The translations under genes and the position numbers were made by a program. Positions 1-10,670 of a stretch of 64,000 nt of DNA are shown piece by piece. Origin of the DNA: a virus (taxonomy: Duplodnaviria; Caudoviricetes); IMG/VR virus record IMGVR_UViG_3300050343_000067, positions 13,716 through 77,715 of that record, one strand, 5' to 3'. How positions within the stretch are numbered: the stretch's first letter is position 1; every line of letters begins with the position of its first letter. The notes under the pieces were generated by a model that made no database searches, was not told where the DNA came from, and saw nothing but the letters and a program-made list of their open reading frames with translations.

Positions 1-1
1 C

Positions 2-2782
2 ACAACAGGTGGATTAATATTAAAAACTGCAGATCAGATAACTCCTGGTCAGATGATTACCGAAGCGATCTTTGGTGGATCAATGTATGTACCATACGGT
101 TTCAGTACATACCCCATTACTAATTTTCCTGGCGGTGGTATTAGCGAGACATCAACTACTGATGGAATAACCATCACTAATGGTGGACAGATTTATATTT
201 CTAATAGCAGTGGAAGTTCTCTCTGGAGAGGTAGACAGTCTGGAACTGCTGGAATCACATCAGAAATCGATGCTCCTGGTAATGCCACATTTGCTGGAAC
301 TGTCACTGCTTCAGGTGGAGATTCCAGTGATTGGAATACTGCATACGGTTGGGGTGATCATAGTGCTGTAGGATATCTGACTAGTTATACAGAAGCAGAT
401 ACGTTAGCATCTGTAACTGGTAGAGGTTCTACTACAAATGAAAACCTCACCTTTAATGGAACTACCCAGTTCAATGATGCTATTGCAATTGCTGATAATA
501 AAGTATTAAACTTTGGTGCTAGTAGTGATGGTCGTATCTCGTATACATCCTCCACCAATAGATTTTATGTAAGAACTCCTGGCGGTAGTGCAGATTTAAT
601 TCTTGGTGCTGGTCCTGCGATTAGAATTACAAACGAGAATGGTCTAACCGACAGGGCAGTATTTACAGCTTCTGGTGCTACTCTTAATGGAAATATTAAT
701 CTTACTGGCAATATTGATGTAACTGGTACTGCAACTTTATCAGGAGTTACTTTCCCATCATCAACAGGAAGTAATGGAGAAGTCCTTACTAGTGATGGTG
801 CTGGTGGAACATCTTGGGGTCCTGCAGTTCCTTCTGGTAATTCGTCAGTTATTGCTCCAGTTGCATACGCTTTTGTAGACGTAGCTACTGCTGGTAGTGG
901 CACTGGGATGTCTTGGGGTGCTTATGATGCAGCTAATGGTGAAATGGATTTTACCTTCGGCACTACCCAATCCGATGCAGACTATTATGTACTAGCAGAA
1001 AGAGAGCAATACGATACTCATACTGTTAGTATAACTAACAAAACTACCACAGGATTTAAAGCAACGTGGTTAGGAAATGATGGTGTTACACCATTATCAC
1101 CATCAACTTTTGGTGGAGTTCTTCTAGTTTATGCATCTACTCCTACCGTATCGGTTGTTGGAGGTGGCGGCGGATCTAATTATGTTTTACCTACAGCATC
1201 AGCTACGACTCTTGGTGGTATTAAAGTTGGTTCTGGTTTAACCATTAATACTGGTGTCCTGTCAACATCTGGGTCGTCATCATATAGTACGATATCTAAT
1301 TTTCCTTCTGCTAGTACCAGTGAAGGATCTTTTGGATATGCAGATGACACCAACATCATGTATTACTCCAATGGAGTAAGTTGGACCAGTCAAAGATTGG
1401 TAACTACAAATAGTACCACGTCTTCGGATTTTGCAACACTTCTAGGTAATACTCAACTTTCTTACGACATTAACGTTGTTGATTACACTGCAGGAACTAC
1501 GGAAGAGAATGACGTAAGAAAAATAATTAGGCTTGAAGATTCTGACGGCACTACAGATCAAATTGTTTTAGTTGCAGGAAATGGACTAGAAATTAGCGAT
1601 TCTGGTGATGAGATTCAATTTGATTTGACTGCGAGCATTGCAAACACTACATATTCCATCTCCGCAGAAACTGCATCAGGATCTGCAGATTCTAAACTTA
1701 CTCTAACTGATAGTGATGGAACTACTGATGAGATTACGTTTGCTGGTGCTGACGGTTTACTTGTAGAAAGAACCGATGCTAATACACTTACCTTCAGAGC
1801 ACCATCTGGTAGCGGTGGTGCATCATATACAGCAGAAGAAGCACAAGATGCTGCAGCACTGTTATTCAATAACGGAACTCATACTGGTATTACTTTTACA
1901 TATGATGACGCTGCAAATAGTATCGATGCTGTAGTAACTGGTGGAGGTGGTGGAGGCACTACCTACGATTTGCTTGGTTCAAATACAACCAGTAACAATG
2001 CAATTCTTACATTGCGTGATGCTGCTAATAACGATGACACCATTGAATTTACAGGAAGTAACGGAACTGATATTACTTGGGATGGTGCTAATAAAAAAGT
2101 TACGATTAATAGCGTTGCTCCAGTCCAATCTGATTGGGATGCTACTACTGGATTAGCACAGATCCTCAACAAGCCATCTATTCCATCTGCATATACATTA
2201 CCTGCTGCTACAACATCTACACTTGGTGGTGTTATTCCTGACGGCACTACAATCACACTGGATGCTAATGGTAATATCGCTGCTGTGCCTGGTGGTTATA
2301 CACTACCAATTGCTGCAGCAGGAACGCTAGGTGGTATTAAAGTTGGTTCTGGTTTATCTATTGATGCTGGAGGTGTTCTTACTGCTACAGGCGGTTCTAA
2401 CGTACCACAGATTCAAGATCTTACGGGTACTACAACATCAATCGCTGATGACGCAACCGCAGAACTAAATATTACAGGTTACAAAGCGTATACTTTATTT
2501 AAAATCGAAACTGACGCTGCAGCATGGGTCAGAGTATATACTGATGATACTTCCAGAGATGCTGATCAAACTAGAAGTGAAGGAGCAGATCCTTCTCCTG
2601 GTAGTGGTGTTATTGCTGAAGTAAGAACTACTACAGCAGAATCTATATTAATTACTCCTGGTATTATGGGATTTAATAATGATAGTCCTAGAACAACTAC
2701 AATTTATCTTTCAGTAACAAATAGAAGTGGATCCGCATCCACGGTTACCGTAACACTAACAGCACTACAGATCGGAGAATAA
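2..2782 (+). CDS. Tail fibre-like protein, 5'-truncated by the window edge
   Basis: Frame is open from position 2. G/T/S-rich, with three LPxAxxxTLGG(I/V) fibre repeats and a WxTAYGWGDH motif. C-terminal ~120 aa domain is shared with 7262..7906. Confidence 0.75.
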   Translation, partial: TTGGLILKTADQITPGQMITEAIFGGSMYVPYGFSTYPITNFPGGGISETSTTDGITITNGGQIYISNSSGSSLWRGRQSGTAGITSEIDAPGNATFAGTVTASGGDSSDWNTAYGWGDHSAVGYLTSYTEADTLASVTGRGSTTNENLTFNGTTQFNDAIAIADNKVLNFGASSDGRISYTSSTNRFYVRTPGGSADLILGAGPAIRITNENGLTDRAVFTASGATLNGNINLTGNIDVTGTATLSGVTFPSSTGSNGEVLTSDGAGGTSWGPAVPSGNSSVIAPVAYAFVDVATAGSGTGMSWGAYDAANGEMDFTFGTTQSDADYYVLAEREQYDTHTVSITNKTTTGFKATWLGNDGVTPLSPSTFGGVLLVYASTPTVSVVGGGGGSNYVLPTASATTLGGIKVGSGLTINTGVLSTSGSSSYSTISNFPSASTSEGSFGYADDTNIMYYSNGVSWTSQRLVTTNSTTSSDFATLLGNTQLSYDINVVDYTAGTTEENDVRKIIRLEDSDGTTDQIVLVAGNGLEISDSGDEIQFDLTASIANTTYSISAETASGSADSKLTLTDSDGTTDEITFAGADGLLVERTDANTLTFRAPSGSGGASYTAEEAQDAAALLFNNGTHTGITFTYDDAANSIDAVVTGGGGGGTTYDLLGSNTTSNNAILTLRDAANNDDTIEFTGSNGTDITWDGANKKVTINSVAPVQSDWDATTGLAQILNKPSIPSAYTLPAATTSTLGGVIPDGTTITLDANGNIAAVPGGYTLPIAAAGTLGGIKVGSGLSIDAGGVLTATGGSNVPQIQDLTGTTTSIADDATAELNITGYKAYTLFKIETDAAAWVRVYTDDTSRDADQTRSEGADPSPGSGVIAEVRTTTAESILITPGIMGFNNDSPRTTTIYLSVTNRSGSASTVTVTLTALQIGE
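350..384 (+). repeat. 35-nt exact direct repeat, second copy at 6231..6265
   Basis: TGGGGTGATCATAGTGCTGTAGGATATCTGACTAG occurs in two different fibre genes. Confidence 0.9.
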
Positions 2783-2786
2783 TTAA

Positions 2787-5504
2787 ATGTCAGTTTTAAA
2801 ATCAGTCATTGATGTAAACAATGGCAACACTGGATGGACGAGACAAAATTTAATGGATGCCTTTGAAACTGCATTGGGTAATCTAGGAATGAATGCAGGA
2901 TCATCTGTAACTGGTGTTCCTCAAATTTGTGTGGCTCCTGATGGAGAAAGTGCAACTTTAGGTGGTGGTGTAGCCGCTTTTAAAGATGCTAATAATGGTG
3001 ATTATCCAACAAATCGTAACTGGGGTGCTTCTCAAACTAATATCTATGATGTGGTCGAAGGACTAGCACCAACCACAATTAGCATGGTTACCAATGGTGG
3101 AAACGGTACTGATTATATTATTTCAGGAACAGATAGAACTTCTTCATTTGCTGCTGCATCAGATCCCAGTATCGAAATTTATGTTGGTGACACAATCACC
3201 TTTGATAACAGTGCTTTGAGCGGAGGTCACCCAATGTACATCAGGGTATCTGATGGTGGTGCTAGTGTTTCAAACCCTGCTGCTACTGGTGAAGGCACTG
3301 ATACTGTTTCTTACACACCTACATCTACTGGTACATATTACTATCAGTGTAGTGTTAGTGGTCATGAAGGGATGATCGGAACTATTACAGTTAGCACACC
3401 TACTGATACCGACTATCGTCTTTTAAGACGTGTTGGCATCGATAACTATGCACCATACTCTTCACCAGGGCAAATAGATTTAGACACTGACACAATCAAG
3501 TTTTACCCGCGCCATGGTTTGAATACTGGTGATCCTGTCAGATATCTTCCAGGAGAAACTAATGCAATATATGCATTAGGAACTAATTTACTACCTAATA
3601 GTTTAGTGTATGTAATTAAAGTTGATAGAGATAATTTTAAACTTGCAACATCAGCAGCTAATGCAACTAACGGTATTGCAATTGATCTTACTGCTACTGC
3701 ATCATCAACTAAAACGTTTTCTGTAGTTTTCATACAAGAACCACAACAGACATCTGATTATGTCAATCCTACCATTGAAGTTCACTATGGTGACAAACTT
3801 CAGTTTAATAATAATCCTGCAAATTCAACAAATCTTACTTTATGTAGAGATGTAGATTCATTTGATACCAATCAAAGGATTGTTTATGACGATCCGACAT
3901 ATGGATATACACCCTCATACCAGACTAGCGTTAGTTATCGCACCAATCCTACAAACATTAGTTGTGTTCCTGGTAATGATTTACTTTGGGACACTACATC
4001 ATATGAGCAATCAGAATCAGAAGCCCTTTATCCTTCATCAGTATTAAATCCATCGTTTTTGGGAAGACCTGGAGAAGATGGTACTAAAAAATATATCTAT
4101 TGTAGTGAAACTAATTCATCTGCAAAAGGAATAATCACTCTTCTTCCTAGTTACATTAATGTTTCATATCCAACTCAAGTAGTGGCTGATGGATATTACA
4201 AATATACCGTACCTGCATCTGGAGGAAGATCTGAACTTAAGTTGAGAGTTTGGAGATATGGAATTAATGATGGTACTGTAAAAAATGTCACCATCCATAG
4301 TATTGGAACTGGATGGTCTGATGATGAAGAATTTACAATTCCAGGAGAACTAGTTGGTGGTAATGCCACAACTGGTGATATTAGATTTGGTGTTACTACT
4401 CCAGAATCATATAGCAATGCATACGATGGCATTGCTAGTATTAAGACAACTACGTTAGGTGGTGGATCTAATTTCTACCAAAAATCTGGTGTGGGTGCTT
4501 GGGCTATTCTTAATGTAGAAAACGACGCCACTAAAAAATATGGAAATACATTTTATTCTTTTTATCTACAGGGTAGTGCCAGCGCCGCTTGGACTTTAAA
4601 AATGCAATCTGGTACTGGATGGGAGTTTTTGAACCGTAAAGGAACATCTTCAACTTTAACCACAGTTAATGATGAATGGGGAGCGTTCACTGGTTATAAC
4701 GGATTGGATAGACAAAATAATAATATCGTTGATGCTGCAACTGTTCAAACTTTGAGTACATCTTCAACTCCAACTGCATATCCAATGCAGATTAGAACCT
4801 ATAGAGCTCAAGCACCTCAAGATACAAGTTTTGCAGTTATTCAATTTACTCAAATAATTAATACAAAAATTATACCTTATGCTACATTTAGTATTCATAC
4901 AGGTAGTGGATATGGTAATGGTACATTTGATTTAGATCATGTATTCTTGTCAGGATATACTCAATATAAGGCAACAACACAATACATAGACTTAACAACA
5001 TATGTGCCTGGTTATCTTCAAAATTCAAGTTCTTATTGGAACCCAAATCACGAACCTATTAACGAATATTCTCAAGCAAGGAATGCTTATTTTGGATATA
5101 TGAGGGGGGATAGCACTGCTAATGAATATGTGTACGACCACTATTATAATAATATAAAAGAGGGAACTAATAATGCGACTGCTATCTATTACAGAAATAG
5201 TACATACGATGCTCACCAGGGAGTATCAGTGGATGCCTCTGCAGATTACTACAAACCTATCAAAACTATTCCAATTTCACAAAGAATGATTCCTTGCCCA
5301 TATTATCTACCAGATGATTTTGTATTGCTGCAAGTAGCAACAACTCCAGGACTAACAGAATTCAGACCAGGTGATACAGTTACAGTAAGTGGATCTGAAA
5401 TTTATGAGGTTATCCAAGCAGCGTATCAAACACAACAAACTGGTTTAGATGGGGTGTCTAATAATTCTAGTGAAGGTATGCTATTCCTAGCGAGGACTAC
5501 CTGA
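2787..5504 (+). CDS. Virion structural protein with cupredoxin-like domain
   Basis: 905 aa in the fibre cluster; HPMYI...YYYQCSVSGHEGMIGTITV is a type-1 copper-like motif; HGLNTGDPVRY repeat typical of cyanophage structural proteins. Confidence 0.7.
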   Translation: MSVLKSVIDVNNGNTGWTRQNLMDAFETALGNLGMNAGSSVTGVPQICVAPDGESATLGGGVAAFKDANNGDYPTNRNWGASQTNIYDVVEGLAPTTISMVTNGGNGTDYIISGTDRTSSFAAASDPSIEIYVGDTITFDNSALSGGHPMYIRVSDGGASVSNPAATGEGTDTVSYTPTSTGTYYYQCSVSGHEGMIGTITVSTPTDTDYRLLRRVGIDNYAPYSSPGQIDLDTDTIKFYPRHGLNTGDPVRYLPGETNAIYALGTNLLPNSLVYVIKVDRDNFKLATSAANATNGIAIDLTATASSTKTFSVVFIQEPQQTSDYVNPTIEVHYGDKLQFNNNPANSTNLTLCRDVDSFDTNQRIVYDDPTYGYTPSYQTSVSYRTNPTNISCVPGNDLLWDTTSYEQSESEALYPSSVLNPSFLGRPGEDGTKKYIYCSETNSSAKGIITLLPSYINVSYPTQVVADGYYKYTVPASGGRSELKLRVWRYGINDGTVKNVTIHSIGTGWSDDEEFTIPGELVGGNATTGDIRFGVTTPESYSNAYDGIASIKTTTLGGGSNFYQKSGVGAWAILNVENDATKKYGNTFYSFYLQGSASAAWTLKMQSGTGWEFLNRKGTSSTLTTVNDEWGAFTGYNGLDRQNNNIVDAATVQTLSTSSTPTAYPMQIRTYRAQAPQDTSFAVIQFTQIINTKIIPYATFSIHTGSGYGNGTFDLDHVFLSGYTQYKATTQYIDLTTYVPGYLQNSSSYWNPNHEPINEYSQARNAYFGYMRGDSTANEYVYDHYYNNIKEGTNNATAIYYRNSTYDAHQGVSVDASADYYKPIKTIPISQRMIPCPYYLPDDFVLLQVATTPGLTEFRPGDTVTVSGSEIYEVIQAAYQTQQTGLDGVSNNSSEGMLFLARTT

Positions 5505-5770
5505 TGGCAGATTTTACTTTTTCAAATCTAACTAGTGCAGTATCTGGATTTTCAACTACACAATCAGTTGCAAATACAAATACTGATTTTATACCTACAG
5601 TACATTCAGGAACTTCCAGATCTCAAAGTACAGCAACGAACCCTATAAATCATTTAATGAGTGACATGGCTGGTGGTGCTGGTGGATCTCACTCTGCTGA
5701 CGGTGGTTTCCTGACAGGTAGAAGACCACATGAGGGTTTACTGTATCCTCGTGGTTATTATAACAAGTAA
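5504..5770 (+). CDS. Small hypothetical virion protein
   Basis: 88 aa, TGATG-coupled to the upstream gene; ends in RRPHEGLLYPRG. Confidence 0.65.
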   Translation: MADFTFSNLTSAVSGFSTTQSVANTNTDFIPTVHSGTSRSQSTATNPINHLMSDMAGGAGGSHSADGGFLTGRRPHEGLLYPRGYYNK

Positions 5771-5804
5771 GATAAATACTAAAATAGAGGAATAGTCTGG
5801 TATC

Positions 5805-7230
5805 ATGCCATTAAGAAACGTACCAATTACATATACCCTTGATCAACAGAGGCAAGAGATCAACTCCCTTGCCTCTGATGTTAATAATATTGATGTCAGC
5901 TTTGATGAAAAGGTAGATGATAGAGTCGCTGCCCTAGTACAAGGTGGTATTGGAACTGCAGTTACTTATGATGATGCAAATGGATCACTAACGATTGATC
6001 TAGCATTTAATGAGTTTTCCACAAGTTCTATTCTAGAAGGTACTAATCTTTACTATACAGAGGACAGAGCAAATGCTGCTATTGATGCAAGAGTAAATCA
6101 AAACTTTGCTAACAATCTCAATATCACTAATCTTGGTCCTCAAGATTCTATTACTCTTACTCTAGGACAGACTACTAGAACTATAACCCCTCTTAACTAT
6201 AACAATACTTCTTGGGACACTGCATATGGATGGGGTGATCATAGTGCTGTAGGATATCTGACTAGCTTATACAGAAACTTCTACTTTAGATAATGTACTA
6301 TCTAGAGGTGATTCATCTGTACAAACTGCATCTTTTGGTACAGTAAAATCCGATGTATTTACATCACAAACAGGGTCAACAAACCTGTCTCTGACTGGAA
6401 ATAATATTATTGCTACAGCAGATTTAAGAGTTGGTACTATTGATACTTCTCTATCTAATGACTATGGTGTCAGAGCAAATGCTGATGGCGAAGTTATTAT
6501 CAACCACTCACCAACAAATGGTGGTCTAACTCTAAAATCTGGTGGTAACTCTACATTCACTGTTGATAATTTAGGAAGATTAAATGGTGTTGTTAAGTTT
6601 GTAACGTCTGATGGAAGTGCAGGTCAATCTCTACAAACTGATGGTTCTGGACAATTGGTTTGGGGCGAAGGTGGCGGAGCAAATGTCGAAGTAAGCGACA
6701 ATCCACCGTCTGGAGCCACCAGTGGAGATATGTGGTGGGAGAGTGATTCGGGTCGCTTGAAAGTCTACTATGACAATGGATCTAATCCTGCAGCATGGGT
6801 TGATGCATCTCCTCCACTTAAGATTAGTGCCCCTAATTCTGCTTTTGTAAACAACACAGGAAATCTATCTGCAGACTCCCCCTCGGATCCTATTTTTGAA
6901 GATACTAACGGTATCTTTAATGCAACTATTCAAGTTAGTACCTTTACTAAAACCAGAATCAGTGTTCTATTAGGATCTGTAACAGGATCTAATAATACTA
7001 ATGGTACTATTATTCTACAAAGAGTTGTGGGAGCAACTACTACTGATATTTGCACAGTTAAGTGTCCTGATCCATCTGTAACTGGAATCATTCCGATTGC
7101 ATTTGACTTCATCGATTTGCATGGATTGGATACTGGAGATAATGTCACTTATCAATTATCTCTAACACTGAATGTTTCTGGTACTAGAACTGTAGCAGAA
7201 ACAAGTCAGTTATTTGTTACTGAAATTTGA
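5805..7230 (+). CDS. Tail fibre-like protein (track ORFs 5805..6293 and 6655..7230 joined; +1 indel near 6266)
   Basis: Paralogous copy at 380-394 reads ACTAGTTATACAGAA while this copy reads ACTAGCTTATACAGAA (one extra base). TNLYYT and GDMWWESDSGRLKVYY fibre motifs. Confidence 0.7.
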
Positions 7231-7261
7231 AATAAATAACTAAACGGAGAGATCTTAAGCA

Positions 7262-7906
7262 ATGGCAATCTTATTCCCAGATACCGCTGGACAACCCACA
7301 GACGGTTCATTCACACATACCGATGGTGGGTTAACCTGGATCTGGAATGGAACCAGCTGGAGATCCAGTGGCGGAACCCTGGATACATTCCAATTACCCA
7401 CAGCAAGTACCACAGTATTGGGTGGTGTTAAGGTAGATGGTTCTACAGTTAACATTGATGCTAATGGTGTCATCACTGCCGCTGGTGGCGGTGGAGGTGG
7501 CGGCGGCGGAGGTACTAGTCTAGGAAGTAGGCAAACTTTTAATGCTTCCACTAGTGGTTCGCATTCCGATGGTGCATCAGAAAATATTACGATTACTGCA
7601 TACAAAGGATATGCATTATATAAAGTTGAAGTATCTCAACCAGCATGGGTAACTTTGTATGTTAGTTCCGCTACTAGAACTGCCGATGCTAGTAGAGTTA
7701 TCACCCAAGATCCTGCTCCTGGTAGTGGCGTAATTGCAGAAGTGATTACACAATCATCTGCTGAAACTGTATTGTTTACTCCAGCATTGATTGGATATAA
7801 TGATGATGCCACCCCAAGTACAAACGTGTACTTGAAAGTTGTAAATAAAAGTGGATCTACACAAGGTATCGACGTAGAGCTAACGGTAACACAACTAGAG
7901 GCGTAA
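7262..7906 (+). CDS. Short fibre/adaptor protein
   Basis: MAIxFP...TWIWNGTSW N-terminus, LPTASTTVLGGVKV repeat, poly-Gly linker, C-domain paralogous to the end of 2..2782 (DPxPGSGVIAEV). Confidence 0.75.
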   Translation: MAILFPDTAGQPTDGSFTHTDGGLTWIWNGTSWRSSGGTLDTFQLPTASTTVLGGVKVDGSTVNIDANGVITAAGGGGGGGGGGTSLGSRQTFNASTSGSHSDGASENITITAYKGYALYKVEVSQPAWVTLYVSSATRTADASRVITQDPAPGSGVIAEVITQSSAETVLFTPALIGYNDDATPSTNVYLKVVNKSGSTQGIDVELTVTQLEA

Positions 7907-7907
7907 A

Positions 7908-10157
7908 ATGGCGAAGCTATTATTGGATGTCATTCTTGTAGAAGGAACTGACAAGCAAGAATTCGTAGATAGTTTTGATGCCGACACGGAAGCGGATTGG
8001 TGGAATATGTTGGGCAGTATGCCCAAGCTAATCGTCATGAATGTTGAAGAGGATTATATAACAACATTCCGTTCGCATTCTAGTGTAGTTCAGGCAACAG
8101 AAATCCCAGAAGATTTTGAAGCTTCCGTTGCTCCATCAGTAGAGGAGATGTCGAAGTGGTATACATCTAGTACAAGTTCTTCTTATAGATCTCCTACTGG
8201 TAATGGAGAAGACAACGCTCCTGTACAATTTCTTTATGACAGTAATCAACTTGTACCATTAGACGGTGGTGGAGAGGTTTTTACTGTAGGAAGAGATGAT
8301 GATAGTTTCTCTACTCAAGGAGCATACACATATAAGTCTAGATGGACTGGAAAGCATGTTGACATCGTTACTCTAGAATCTGGTAGTGGTGGAGATTGGG
8401 CAAGTAATACAGGCACACATGATACACATCCAGATTTTCAAAAGTTATCTTCTGAAGATGACTCTCATGCAAGAGTAGATCCATATTGGTATCAGTGTCA
8501 GGCACACTCAAATATGAAGAATACCATCACAGTAGATCCTGCTGATGGGACTAGAAATACCTATACTTTTACTGTAAGTTTTGGTGGAAGTGGAATTTAT
8601 ACTTTAGTTGGTAATGATAGAAATGGTGCTATCAATGGAAGCAATCCACCTATTTCTATCCAGGAAGGAGATGTTTTAATCTTTAATGTAACTGCTTCTA
8701 GTCATCCATTTATGATCAGAGATGCTGATGGTGGCAACAACATCACTGACGGTAGCGTAGATAACGCAGGTACTGATAACGGTACTGTTACTTGGACTAC
8801 TAGAACATCATCTAGATTCATTCCAATGGATTGGCCTGATCTAGAAGCAGATGCTAATAACCAAGTTACAACTAACGAAGGCGGTAATAGTGGATTAACT
8901 AATCATGGCATGGGTGTATTGAGTGCTGCTGGTGGAACTATTTGTGGATTTGCAAAGAAAGCAAATCTTTATGCAATGTATTTGGTATCGGGTGACAGCC
9001 CTACAGAGTGTATTCAAGCTGCTATTGATTGGCATAACGCAAAACCAAATAATCCAGAGACAGGTGTTCCTAACCCAACTATTCTAATTGCAGAGTATCA
9101 ATACTTACGTGATAGAAGACATGCAATTCCTATTGACAGTGTATCCCAAATTAATAAAGCAGATGGAACAACGGTAACTAGACCAGGAACTTGGGGATCA
9201 GACTTTTCTGAATTTGTAAAAGAAAACATTATACCCTTCAAAGTATATAATCCAACAACTACAAGTTATTCTTGGATGGTTGTGATGCCATCACAATTTG
9301 ATTATAGTTCTTTAAAATCTGCATTAGACAGTGCTTGGAGTAATGGCATTGTTTGCATTAATGCAGCTGGTAATAACGGCGGAACTTTTAACAAAGAGAA
9401 TACTAAAACTGCTACAAGTATAGATATTGATGCTGGTTCAAATTACTCTATTATCAACATTGCTTATGGTAGTTCTAACTCGGAAAGCACATCCAGTACA
9501 ACCACATGGTATCCATTTATATCATATGGTCCACATGGTGTAGAGAGTAATATTGATGTTGCTGCTGGTTATAACTCACAAGACTATCCTGGTTTAGATG
9601 GATATTCAAATAGAGGACCAGGAATTGATATTGTAGGTCTTGGTGCTAACACATGGACTTCGTATCCTAGTTCCACATATGGAACTTATAAGTGGGGAAT
9701 GTTCTCTGGTACAAGTTGTGCTACTCCAACTGTGGTGGGAAAGGCAGCACTAGTCATGGAAGAATACTTCTGGTATAACAATGCTTGGCCAACTCCTGAT
9801 CAGACTAAATCAATACTATTATCAAAAGCATCAAATAAATGTAGAGGTATAGCATCGGGTGGTGTTGGATTTAGTTGGTCGAATGCACCTAGTGCAGGTG
9901 GCGCATCTTTATCTAATGAAATTTCTTTTGGAAACTGTGTTATTTCTAGTGGCAATAATGGTAATGGTGGTTTTACATATACAGAATTAACAGGCACTAC
10001 ACATCTACGAGCATACTTTGATCCACAAGATCAAGACAGTCATCCATTTGTACACAGAATCAAACATAATAGCAAAAGACCAGTTGCAGGTGGGATGTAT
10101 CCAAGAGTGAATAGTGCTGTAGGTCGTCATCGCATGGACCTACCTGATATGACATAA
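7908..10157 (+). CDS. Subtilisin-like (S8) serine peptidase, probably virion-associated
   Basis: VDIVTLESG (acid position), NHGMGV (His), NAAGN (oxyanion Asn), YSNRGPGIDI, FSGTSCATP (Ser). Confidence 0.85.
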   Translation: MAKLLLDVILVEGTDKQEFVDSFDADTEADWWNMLGSMPKLIVMNVEEDYITTFRSHSSVVQATEIPEDFEASVAPSVEEMSKWYTSSTSSSYRSPTGNGEDNAPVQFLYDSNQLVPLDGGGEVFTVGRDDDSFSTQGAYTYKSRWTGKHVDIVTLESGSGGDWASNTGTHDTHPDFQKLSSEDDSHARVDPYWYQCQAHSNMKNTITVDPADGTRNTYTFTVSFGGSGIYTLVGNDRNGAINGSNPPISIQEGDVLIFNVTASSHPFMIRDADGGNNITDGSVDNAGTDNGTVTWTTRTSSRFIPMDWPDLEADANNQVTTNEGGNSGLTNHGMGVLSAAGGTICGFAKKANLYAMYLVSGDSPTECIQAAIDWHNAKPNNPETGVPNPTILIAEYQYLRDRRHAIPIDSVSQINKADGTTVTRPGTWGSDFSEFVKENIIPFKVYNPTTTSYSWMVVMPSQFDYSSLKSALDSAWSNGIVCINAAGNNGGTFNKENTKTATSIDIDAGSNYSIINIAYGSSNSESTSSTTTWYPFISYGPHGVESNIDVAAGYNSQDYPGLDGYSNRGPGIDIVGLGANTWTSYPSSTYGTYKWGMFSGTSCATPTVVGKAALVMEEYFWYNNAWPTPDQTKSILLSKASNKCRGIASGGVGFSWSNAPSAGGASLSNEISFGNCVISSGNNGNGGFTYTELTGTTHLRAYFDPQDQDSHPFVHRIKHNSKRPVAGGMYPRVNSAVGRHRMDLPDMT

Positions 10158-10180
10158 ATAAAAATACTTGTTATATTTTG

Positions 10181-10369
10181 ATGGATAATACACAATTGCG
10201 AGCTGAATTTGAAAAACAGTTTGCTGATTACGATCTTAAAATTAGGCGAGGTGAGGAAGAACTTGTCAAGTTGCGTGAATATCGCACTAAACTAGAAGGC
10301 GGGTTAGAAGCACTTAACATACTAGAAAAGGGTACAGATGGCAGCGATACCAGTCAACATACTGATTGA
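10181..10369 (+). CDS. Small coiled-coil hypothetical protein
   Basis: 62 aa charged helical ORF following a late-promoter-like ATAAATA. Confidence 0.65.
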   Translation: MDNTQLRAEFEKQFADYDLKIRRGEEELVKLREYRTKLEGGLEALNILEKGTDGSDTSQHTD

Positions 10370-10670
10370 TAAAGGAGCAGACTTTGCAGTCACCTTTTTC
10401 ATCACTAATAAAGACGGAACCCCGCTAAACATGTCAGGGTACACTGGTTCTGCTGTGATGAAGAAAAGTTATTCTGCATCAACTTCGGTTCCATTTACTT
10501 TAGATTTTGTCAACAGAACTACAGGAGAAATTGCTCTCACATTAACAGATACTGAAACTCTAGCATTGGATCGTAGAAGATATGTCTATGACATTATTCT
10601 CATTGATCCAAATGATTACAAAACTAGAGTGATTATGGGTAATGCAGAAGTAAGTCCTGGAGTTTCCTGA
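10338..10670 (+). CDS. Virion structural protein (BppU-N-like)
   Basis: NILIDKGADF...RYVYDI...RVIMGNAEVSPGV pattern typical of cyanophage baseplate/fibre connector proteins. Confidence 0.7.
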   Translation: MAAIPVNILIDKGADFAVTFFITNKDGTPLNMSGYTGSAVMKKSYSASTSVPFTLDFVNRTTGEIALTLTDTETLALDRRRYVYDIILIDPNDYKTRVIMGNAEVSPGVS

